Assembly (NCBI GenBank): GCA_918797485.1
Contig: CAKKNE010000003.1
Coordinates: forward strand, 1,798,001-1,862,000
Reading direction: 5' to 3'
From: Pelagomonas calceolata
Lineage: Eukaryota
Length of the DNA stretch: 64,000 nt
The notes under the pieces were generated by a model. The model was not told the DNA's origin. It did no database searches and saw only the letters and a list, made by a program, of their open reading frames with translations. This document shows, piece after piece, positions 29,507 to 39,100 of this stretch. The position numbers and the translations under genes are program-made. How positions within the stretch are numbered: position 1 is the stretch's first letter; each line of letters begins with the position of its first letter.

Positions 29507-31438
29507 TCAAGGCGGTGCCAACAGAACCTTCGGCTCGCAGTAAGCTCGGCGCAGGAGGGATGTGACGTCCATGCGTTTCGGCCCATGCCGCAATTTTCCG
29601 GACGGCGAGGCCGCGACTTCGACGGCCCCGACCGCGGTGGCCATGCGATACCGCACCGTCGGGCGCGTGGGCGCCACGGGTGCGGTCCGCGCGGACCGCG
29701 GTCGGGCGCATCGCGACGTGTAGCCCTGATCGGTGGTCCGCGGCCTTGTGGGAACAAATTGTCCACGACTGCCAGACGCGCCGGTGCCCGTGCTGAACGC
29801 CAGACGTCCGCTACTACCGCCGCCGGAGGAACCCGAGGACCCCGAAAGAGACGCGGGCGGCGGAGGTGGGCGCCGCGTCGGCGGCGGCGGTCTAGGAGCC
29901 GCAGCGAGGCGCGAGAGATTCTGCAGTCCAACCGCGTCCTCGGCCGTCCGCTCGACGCCGCGCTCGGCGGCAAAAACTGCGTCGCGAATCGCCTTCAGTC
30001 GCTTCTTGCGCTTCGCGTCGGAGCGTCGCAGCCTCGACAGAAAGGAACGCACGGCCTTCTTGCCCTTCTGGCGCCGCCGCCGCTTCGCCGGGCGGAAGTA
30101 GGCCTTCGCGTTGGCCTGCACCCGCTCCTCGCGCCTCGCGCAGTCGGCCGTGTACAGGCGCTCGACGACCTTCCGCGCGTCGGCGGACCTGAGGCTCTTC
30201 CGGGCCGGGGCCACGTACTCCGGCCGCGGCTCCGACTTGATGATCCACGTCGGTCCCGAGTGCGACTTCACCGGGCGCTTTGCCGGGGCGCTCGCGGGCC
30301 GCTGCAGCCGGTCGAAGAGCGCCGCCCGCGCCGCCTCGGGCAGGACCTTCTTCTTCCGCGCGGGCGCGGGCGGCGGCGCCGGCCGCCGCGCCGGTTCGGG
30401 CGGGGCGACGCGCGCGCTGCGGGGCCGCCGCGGCGGCGACGCCGGGAGCGGCCCCGTGCTACCGAAGGCCACGGCCGTCCGCGGTCTCTCTAGATTCTCG
30501 GGCTCCGGCGCGACGCCCATCGACGCCGTCCGCGGGAAGCGGTGTTCCGGGAAGGGGTCCTCGCCCCGCGATGTCTTCTCCAGAATACGGCGGCTGCCGC
30601 GCGACACCGTCACCCTTTTGGGAGGCGGCTCGCGCTTGGTCCCGAGCCGCTCCTCCAATCCCAGAAGCTCCGTGAGCGTCGCCGGGCGGCCGTCGTTCGG
30701 TGATGGCGGCTCGTCCTCGGAGCACCGGTAGACGCCGTTCGGCGCCCCTTGGACACATTGTAGAGCGTGGTCCTGCGGCAAGGAGTCGGAGAGGCCCGTC
30801 ACGAGCGTGCCTTTTAGTACCCTCTGGACCTTCTCCAAGGCTCGCCTCGCGTCCTCCGGCGCGAGGTACAGGAAGAGCGAGTAGCGCGCCAACACGAGGT
30901 CGAAGGGGCCCTCTGGTGGAGAATCGGTGACGGCGTCGCCCTTGGAGAACGAGACGCTCCTTCTAATCTCCTCCGAGAGTTCGTAGCGGCCGTCGTCGAG
31001 GAGCTGGAAGCATGCGGCGACCCATTCCACCGGCAGATTGGCCACGGCGTGGACATCGAAGACGCCGGCCTTAGCTCGTCGCAGCGACATGTCATCGACG
31101 TCCGTCGCAACAATCTCGAGCCGCACGGCCGGGAAGCGCTCCGCCAGCACCGCGCGCCACGCGATAGCCAGCGAGTAGGGCTCCTCGCCGCCGGCGCAGC
31201 CCGCGCTCCAGACGCGGATGACCTTCGTCGTACTCGCGGCGGCGCGAGCCAAGCCGTAGAGGACGTGGTCGATGGTCCAGAAGTAGACCTCGGGGTCCCG
31301 GCCGAAACGCGAGTAGGTCCTGAAGGACTTGGGCTTGCTTTGGTCGAGCTTCTCTCGCACCTTGCCCTGCGGCGTGCGCGTCGGGGCGGCGACCTCCGCC
31401 GGTGGTGCGGCTGGTTCTGCTGCATAGGGGGACCTCAT
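29507..31438 (-). CDS. CheR-type SAM methyltransferase domain fused to a basic low-complexity tail
   Basis: RFGRDP, IRVWSAGCAGGEEPYSLAI, IVATDVD...AKAGVF, FDLVLARYSLFLYL. Confidence 0.8.
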   Translation of the reverse strand: MRSPYAAEPAAPPAEVAAPTRTPQGKVREKLDQSKPKSFRTYSRFGRDPEVYFWTIDHVLYGLARAAASTTKVIRVWSAGCAGGEEPYSLAIAWRAVLAERFPAVRLEIVATDVDDMSLRRAKAGVFDVHAVANLPVEWVAACFQLLDDGRYELSEEIRRSVSFSKGDAVTDSPPEGPFDLVLARYSLFLYLAPEDARRALEKVQRVLKGTLVTGLSDSLPQDHALQCVQGAPNGVYRCSEDEPPSPNDGRPATLTELLGLEERLGTKREPPPKRVTVSRGSRRILEKTSRGEDPFPEHRFPRTASMGVAPEPENLERPRTAVAFGSTGPLPASPPRRPRSARVAPPEPARRPAPPPAPARKKKVLPEAARAALFDRLQRPASAPAKRPVKSHSGPTWIIKSEPRPEYVAPARKSLRSADARKVVERLYTADCARREERVQANAKAYFRPAKRRRRQKGKKAVRSFLSRLRRSDAKRKKRLKAIRDAVFAAERGVERTAEDAVGLQNLSRLAAAPRPPPPTRRPPPPPASLSGSSGSSGGGSSGRLAFSTGTGASGSRGQFVPTRPRTTDQGYTSRCARPRSARTAPVAPTRPTVRYRMATAVGAVEVAASPSGKLRHGPKRMDVTSLLRRAYCEPKVLLAPP

Positions 31439-31885
31439 GGCAGCACCTTAGCTGCAGAGTCGTGGCACCGCCTCGTGGCAGCGCCAAACTCGCAGATCCG
31501 CGCACGGGCAGCAGGAGGGTCCTCTCTGCGAAAGCCTTGGCCGCGATGCTGCCCGGCAATCGACGCCTGGCGCCGCGCACAAATGCAACGCGCACAGCGC
31601 CAAGCGCCGAGAGCCTAGCAAGAACATCGGCCATAGGGCTCCATACCGTGCTCTCGAGGCCTGGTATGGTTCGGCCGAGGCCTCCTTGAGGCGGCCCCTC
31701 GCTGGCAGAGCGCCTGTTTCGCCTTGCTCCTTGGGCCAATTCGGTGCAATTGCAGGCTCCAAGCGCAACCCCTCGGCCAGAACAGCACCGCGACACTGCC
31801 GCGGCGAGTCGGCAGCAATATAACCTCCACGGGCAGCCCTTAGGCAGCAGTCCTCACCACCAAGGCAGCAGCGCTTGCAACAGCA

Positions 31886-33157
31886 ATGCAGCGCCCGAGG
31901 CGCGCCAAGGCCGATGCGGCCTCGCTAGCCCTCGCGCGGCAGCTCGAGAGCGAAGACGCGCGCCCGCGCCGCGCCGCCGCCAAGCCCCGGGCCAAGTCGC
32001 CGGCGAAGCCGCGCGCGAAATCACCAGCTAAAAAGTCATCAGCAAAACGCGCCGCTAAACAGCCGACGCCGGCGGAGCCCGCCCGCGCCGCCCTCGCGAC
32101 GCTCCTCTTCGCCGTCATGGCCTGCGCGAACTACATGCAGCACCACCTGCCGCAGCCGGTGCCGCGGGCGTGGTACGACGAGACGGGCCGCGACATGGGC
32201 CAGCACGAGATCGAGCTGCGCGCGTACCTAGGGGTCTGGGTCTACCTTACGGCGCAGATCCTGCTCGTGTTGTTAGTGTACCACACGTTGTCCGTCGTAG
32301 CCGCGACGACGGGCAACTACGAGGCCCAGGCCCACGCCGCGGCCCCGGCCTGCCTCGGCCTCGGTCTTGTAGTGTACGGCCTCTTCTTTTTCTTTTACCT
32401 GCTCATGAGATGCTGTAATCCGACGTGGCGCGACCAATGGACCTACCACGAGTCGCTCGGCGTGCCCTACGAGCGCTGGATGCACCTGATGCACACGCCA
32501 CTGTGGCTGTGCCCCTTGCTGGACGTGCTGGGTGTGAAGAAGCGCGACGTCCTCGTGCGGCACGTACCGTCGCCGGTTTCAATTCTCGCGGCAGCAGGTC
32601 TCTACACGGGCTTCTACGGAGCATTGACATCCCTAAACTTCGCGTGGACGGGAGCCTACGTGTACCCCTGGCTCTACGACATCGACGCGTTGGGGTACGG
32701 CGCTTTCGGTCACGTGGCGTACTACGCCGCTCTCTCGTGCCCGGTCGGGGCGGTGTTCATGGCGTGCCGCAAATGGATACTGAGGCGTGGCAACGCTGAA
32801 TTCGCCGTGGGTGCTGCGGTGGAGGCGCGTTGGGAGGACGGGAACTGGTACCCAGGGCGCGTCTCCGGCGGCGGCCCGGGCGGCTATGAGATCGCATTCG
32901 ACGATGGTCACAATGAGGCCAATGTACCAGCGGCACACGTACGTTCCGCTGCTCCCGCACGAACGGCAAAAAAATCAGCAAAAAAGGCGGCGACGCCAGC
33001 CCGCGTGAAGAAGGAGCTGCCCGCGGTCGGCGACCACGTGGCGCTCGCGCTCGACGACGAGGAAGGCATCGTAACAAAGGTCGCGGGCGGCTGGATCTCT
33101 GTAAAGCTTGACGACGGGACGGTGGAAAAGTTCCGGAGCACCGAGCTGCGCTACTAG
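31886..33157 (+). CDS. FAR-17a/AIG1-like multi-TM protein with C-terminal Tudor and SH3/KOW-like domains
   Basis: WVYLT and HLMH within about 6 TMs, GAYVYPWL; VEARWEDGNWYPGRV...YEIAFDDG. Confidence 0.65.
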   Translation: MQRPRRAKADAASLALARQLESEDARPRRAAAKPRAKSPAKPRAKSPAKKSSAKRAAKQPTPAEPARAALATLLFAVMACANYMQHHLPQPVPRAWYDETGRDMGQHEIELRAYLGVWVYLTAQILLVLLVYHTLSVVAATTGNYEAQAHAAAPACLGLGLVVYGLFFFFYLLMRCCNPTWRDQWTYHESLGVPYERWMHLMHTPLWLCPLLDVLGVKKRDVLVRHVPSPVSILAAAGLYTGFYGALTSLNFAWTGAYVYPWLYDIDALGYGAFGHVAYYAALSCPVGAVFMACRKWILRRGNAEFAVGAAVEARWEDGNWYPGRVSGGGPGGYEIAFDDGHNEANVPAAHVRSAAPARTAKKSAKKAATPARVKKELPAVGDHVALALDDEEGIVTKVAGGWISVKLDDGTVEKFRSTELRY

Positions 33158-33173
33158 TTATAGGTTAACAGTC

Positions 33174-36100
33174 TTAAATTTCGAAGTCCGAAAAGTCGTC
33201 GTCGAAGTTGTAGTCGGTCCCCTCCGTCTGGGGCCGTGAGTCGAAGTAGCCGCCCGCCGTGCCGGCGGTCCCGGGTTTGGAATCAGCGGGCTCGCGCGTC
33301 TCCGGCCGCGAGTCGTAGTTCGAGTAGGAGTACCCGTCCGTGCCCGCCGTGCCGGCGCGGTTGGAGTAGCTCCGCGAGTCGTAGGTGCTCGGCCGCGAGT
33401 CGTCGTAATCCCGGCTGTCCACGGTTGTCGGGCGCGTGCCGGCCGTCCCGGGCTTCACAGCGTCGTCGCTTCCTCCGAAAAGGTCAGCTTCGAGCTCGTC
33501 GTAGTCGAACTCGTCCGTTGGCTTGTCTGCCGCCTTCGGAGGCTCCGCGACGGACGCCGAGTCCAAACCCAGGTCGCCGAGGCCGGCGAGGATGTCCTCT
33601 TCCTGTTCAGGCTGCGCGGCGGCGGGCTCCTCGGCCGGGGGCGTGACCTGCCGCAGCGACACCTCGCCGTCGCTGGAGTCCGACTCGACGTCGGCCAGCA
33701 TACTGCCCATCTGCTTGGCGGGCTTGGGCTCCTCGGCGGGCTCCGGCTCGGCCGCGGGCTCCGGTCGTATGTAGGCCGCGGGCACGTTGTCCTCAGTGTC
33801 CCCGTCATCATACTTGATGAAATGAGTGCCGTCGGGGTGCACGGTGAATATTTTGCCCGGGTACCAGGACTCGCCGCCATTATACCTTGCCTCGACGCGA
33901 GCGCCGATGGCGAACGCCGGCTCCGCCGCCGTGGCCGGCGGCTTGGCCGGCTCCTCTGGCTCCGCCGGCTTCTCGAGGTCGAGGCCGGGCAGATCCTCTT
34001 CCAGATCGGCGAGGATGTCGCCCGCGGGCTCCTCCGCGGCAGGCTCATCGGCCTTTCGCACGTCCGCTGCGGGCACGTTGTCCTGCTCATCTCCATCGTC
34101 AAATCTGATATAGTAGGTGCCGTCGGGGTGTGCTGTGAAGACTTTCCCGGGGTACCAGGCGTCAGAGCCATTAAACCTTGCCTCGATGCGGGCCCCGATC
34201 GCGAACGTCTCCGTTGCGGGGGGAGTTGCCGGCTTGGCGGGAGCAGGCTTGGCGGGCTCGGGCTCGAGCTCCTCTACGTCCGAGAGGTCGTCCGCTGCCG
34301 CAGGCGTCTTTGGCTTGAAGGGCTCAAGTTCTTCGACATCCGACAAGTCGCTCGCCGCCGCGGGCGTCGTCGGCGGTTGCGCGAACGTAGGCGCCTCCTC
34401 GGTCGGTAGCTCCGGTGTTTCGGGGTCTGGTTGCTTGGGTTCTTCTGCGTCGGAGAGCTCCGCAGCTGGCGTCTCGGGGGCGGCCTCAGCCAACCGCTCT
34501 GGCTCCGGTGCCGGAGTGGGCTCGGGTTCCCGCGGCGCCTCCACCGGCTTCTCGAGGTCAAGACCGGGAAGGTCGTCGTCCAAGCCGGCGAGGACGTCGC
34601 TCAGGTCGTCGTCCGACGACGGATTCGCGGGCTGTGAGGGCTCGTCCGCCGGCGTTTCGGACTTCTGGGCTGTCGTGTTTAGGCCCAGTTCGTCCTCGAT
34701 GCCGGCGAGGAAGTCGTCGCCGTCGTCATCGCCCGCGGCAGCGGCGGCGGGTTCCTCCGCGACAGGCTCGGCCTTGCGCACGAACGCGGCCGGCACCCGG
34801 TCTTCCTCGTCGCCGTCGTCGTAGTGAATAACGTAATGGCCGTCGTCGTGCACCGAAAAAACTTTCCCAGGGTACCACTTGTCGCCGCCCTCGAAGCGGG
34901 CCTCGACGCGCGCGCCCACGGCGAACTCCGACGCCGGCTTGGACGGTTCGAGCTCCTCCGCGTCGGACAAATCCTCCGCCGCGGGAGTCTTCGGCAATTG
35001 CGCGGTCTCGAGCTCCTCGACGTCGGAGAAGTCGTCCGCGGCGGCCGGCGTCGTCGGCTGATCGACGGGCTCGGGCGTCGCCGGCCGCCCCGCGGACGAG
35101 AGCGAGTTGCGCCGGGACGGCGCGACGGCGTCGTCGTCCGAGACCTCCTCGTCGAGCACGTCCTCGTTTTGACCTTTGGGCCGCGCCGGGCTCTCCCGCA
35201 GGTCCTGTTCCACGGGCTTGAAGGTCACGCCCAGCTCCTCCTCCGCGAGGTCGTCGTCGCCTCCTCCTAAATCACCCACTGACAGTTCAGCGTCGGGCGA
35301 CGCGGGTCTAGCGTCGCGAATGGGTGACGCCGCCAAGGCGTGGAGGATCTCCAGGTCCACGGAATTGTCCTCCTGCTTCGGCGCATCGAGTAAATCCGGA
35401 ATGTCGTCGTCCGACTGCAGGGACGGCCTCGTCGTCGCGGCGGTGGCCTCCTGCAGCATGGGGATCGGGTCGTCGTCGTCCTCCTTGAGCTCCGGTAGGG
35501 ACGGAATCGACTCCTCGTCGTCGAAGGGGTCGTACTGCGCGTCGTCCGACGCCCGCGCGTCGCGCATCGCCCGCGACGAGGCGAGCAGCGCCGCGGCGGC
35601 CGCGTCGTCCTCGGCCGCCGCGCAAGCTAGGGCGTGCGTCACGTGAGGTTCTAAAGCGTCCAAGCCGTAGCCGACGGCGTTATCCAAAGCCACGAGCAGC
35701 TTCTCCCTCACAATTCTTCGCAGTTCCCTCTCGAGGGCGTTGCACTCGCGCGAGCCCCTCCTAGGTGGCCTGGCTTCATCTGTTTTAGTTTTTAACAAAG
35801 CTTCCCAGTAGTTCGGCAGCTCCAGGATGTTGTCACACGTATGCGACTGGGGCACCATGGCCAGCATCCTCCGTTGCTCGTCGACGCCGAACGGTAAAAA
35901 GGGTAACTCCACCGTCAAAAACTCCGCGTGCCTCGCCGGTAACCGAGACACCCCGGTCACAAAGACAAGTAATTTCCTTCTTTGCGCGGGTGTTAATGGC
36001 TCACAACGCCGCGGTGCCTCTTCACCGGTCAGGTCATCGATCTTCTTCAGCTCGAGGTCGTTGAGCGCGTCGTCCTCCCCATCGACCACCGCCCAGAGCG

Positions 36101-39100
36101 CGTCATGCAAAGGCCGGCAATCCCTTAATTCAGCATCCATGACCACCCGAAACACGTCTCGGAATCGGAAATCTCCCCGAACTTCAGGAGCACCGCACGC
36201 CACGCGCTGCAAATCCCGCGCCGACGGCCGCACCGCCCTCCGCACCTTCTTCGGCATGGCGCGCTCGAAACCTCGCCTCAGCGCGCGCAGCTGCCACTCC
36301 AATTCACGACATCTTTCCAGTGAAGCTTTCCTCGCGACCTCCAAGGCATGATCCTGACTCGATAGCGTGATCCCTTCCATGTCCGCGACACTCTGAATGC
36401 CCGTCGCATCCAAGGCTCGGAGCCCTCGCAAGGCGTCGTCGTAGGACGCGTCCAGGGCCCTTAGGCCCGCGTCGCCCCTCTTGGCGAGGAAATGGTCTAC
36501 TAAATGAGTAGCTGTATCATTCGGTGCGTCCTCTGCGACGCCGAGCACTTCAAAGAAGAGCGGAGGCAGATCTAGGGGCAGCTGGCACTGGTTCGGGACC
36601 GCCGAACCGATCAACAAGCCTAATGTGGCTAACCGTTTGGCGTTCTCGGCGGTCCTAGGCAAGGCCGGATTCGGCCATAGAGCTTCCAAATCCTTCCGAT
36701 GGGCTAGTAGAGGTGCTGCTGAGCGTCTAGCCTCGCAGACCGACCCGGTTAACGCTTCCAACAACTTGGTTTCTGCGTCTTCACTATCACCATACCTCTT
36801 CGCGAGGACGCGCACGGCGGGCGCGTTCGTCGACACCCTCACCACGTTATCAGAGACCTTCTCCACTTGTAGTTCTAACGTGTCGCCTTCAAAGTCCACC
36901 GCGAGACAGTCCCCTGATTTCACAACTTGGGGGTTCGCTTCGTCACAAGTAACTCGTAATGAGCGAGCACCTTCACTTGCTTCGACGCGCAACGGATCAC
37001 CAATAACAGGCGTCCAGGATCTAGTGACGGCACCACCTAATAAAGCAAAGAGTTCCTTGCGCGGGCCTAGGCCTTCGCCCTCCTCGACTGCGCTACCCTC
37101 GACATACTTTTGGCCGAAGGGCACCCGGTAGTAGGGACACACGACAAATGAAGCTTCTCCTTTAATGGGAGGGTCGTCCTCGTCTTCTAACGAAACACTC
37201 TCGTCGTCCGACTCCTCCTCGAGGGCAAATGCGTCATCGGACAGAACCTGTGAAGAAGCTTCCTGCAGCGCGCCGGCGTGCTTCTCCAATAGAGCTTCGC
37301 AGTCCTCCCAGGCCCTCTTGCGGGACGTCACGAGGTTCAGGCGCTGCGCCGGTCGCCTCGCTAGAGCCACATAGAGTAACGCGGCCTTCGAGGCCGGCCG
37401 TAATAAAGCCGCGTGGTCCCTTAGCCGAGGCAATCCTAATAACCCCTCCAACCGTAATAAACCACGAGCCTTCGCCACGCTCGCAACTTCCGAGTCGACG
37501 AGCATGGGCGTGACCACAGCTAAGGCTTCGTTCACCGATCGCACGTGGAACCGCTCCTCGGCGGCGCCCAACGAACTCTCCCCTGGGGCTAACGCGGGCG
37601 TTTCTGTTAATGCAGCACAGCCGACGTCGGACCCGGCCCCCAGATCATTCTTCTCCTCCTGGTTTGATGAATCGGGCTCGCTCAGGTCTTGCAGGACTTT
37701 CGGCGGATTCTCGACCGATGCTTCGGCTAGTAAACAGTAGGCCCTTTGCAGAGCATGAGCGGCCGCAGACGCTCTTTTAGATCCAGTAGCGTCGACCCGC
37801 CCGACTTGGGCCTCGACCGCATCCACGGCTTGCGTCAGCGTCAATTCGCCGCGCTGCTGTTGGGCTAGCACCCAGTCGCGGCACCTTGCCACTCGAGGCA
37901 CGACGGCCGCGTCCACGGACCACCGCAAACACCTTATGACAGACCTCGCGGCCCCCGGCGGCGTGTCCTCCCCCAGAAGGAGTTCTCGGAGCCACGCCGA
38001 GACGCCTTCTCTATTCTCGGATACGGCCTCGGCCAAGGCATCGGCCGCCGCCGCGTACAACTGCTGCGCGTCGGGCACGGCGCGATGCGGTTGGTTCGCA
38101 GATGTCTTGAACGCCGTGGCGCCCGCTTGTACGACGGGCTCCCACGTCTGTTTAAGTCGCTCGCATTCCGACCAGCACTTCAGCGGCGCCTCCTCGACCT
38201 TGGCCGTCGCGGGCCGCATCGCCGCTTGTAACCTAATAACACATTCTGAGGCGGACGGTCGCAAGTTACTGTCGCAGTGGAGCATATCTTTAAGAACGTC
38301 GACGACGGGCTCCGACAAAGCTTTCACCAAAGCTCCTCGTCGCGAAGCTTTCAGACCCGGCGCCGGCCCCGCGTCCAGGCATCTTCGGGGCACGCCCAAA
38401 CCCATCAAGTACTGACCTACTTGCTCGGGAAACGGTCCTAGTACTCTTGACACCCGTCGTAACACGGCATGCTCGTCGTCCCCAGGGAAGAGTGGTTCGC
38501 CCGTAGCTAGTTCAGCCGTGATGCACGCCGCGCCCCAGACGTCCACGGCCACGCCGTATTTCGTCGAGGAGGCCATCATCTCCGGCGCTCGGTACCACCT
38601 ACTCCCAATATAGTGCGTCAGGTCCAGACAGCTCTTCCCCGACACGTCCTCGAGCTTCCGCGCGGCCCCGAAGTCGCACAACCGCAGTTGCGGCCTTTGG
38701 GGATCGTCCCACGATCGCTGTAAATCGTCTTTCGTCGCATCTCTCGATAAAAGCACGTTCTCAGGCTTGACGTCGCGGTGGACAATGCCCAAGGAGTGGG
38801 CATGCGCTAAGCCCGCACACAAGTCTGAGGTTAAACCAACACAGAGACCCTTCGGTAGGGGACCTAACTCTTCCAACGCTTCCAAGCACGTGCTACCAGC
38901 TAGTTCAAAGCATAGCACCGGTGCACTTACTGTTTGTTGTGGTTTTATTTTCACGTCCTCGCGCCACCAATCAACTAAACAAGCTACGTTCTTGTGGTCT
39001 CGCCCCAACAATAATAAGACATCTCGTTCCCTCTCTGCGGTTTGTACGGCATACCGCGCGGCGTCGTCGTCGTCTTCGCCCTCGACCACAACTTTCAACC

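Noticed and set aside
29507..31438. Bacterial contamination to explain CheR, THI5-like and MgtE genes
   Set aside because: They are interleaved with clearly eukaryotic genes and share the same composition; THI5-like and MgtE also have the intergenic motif upstream.
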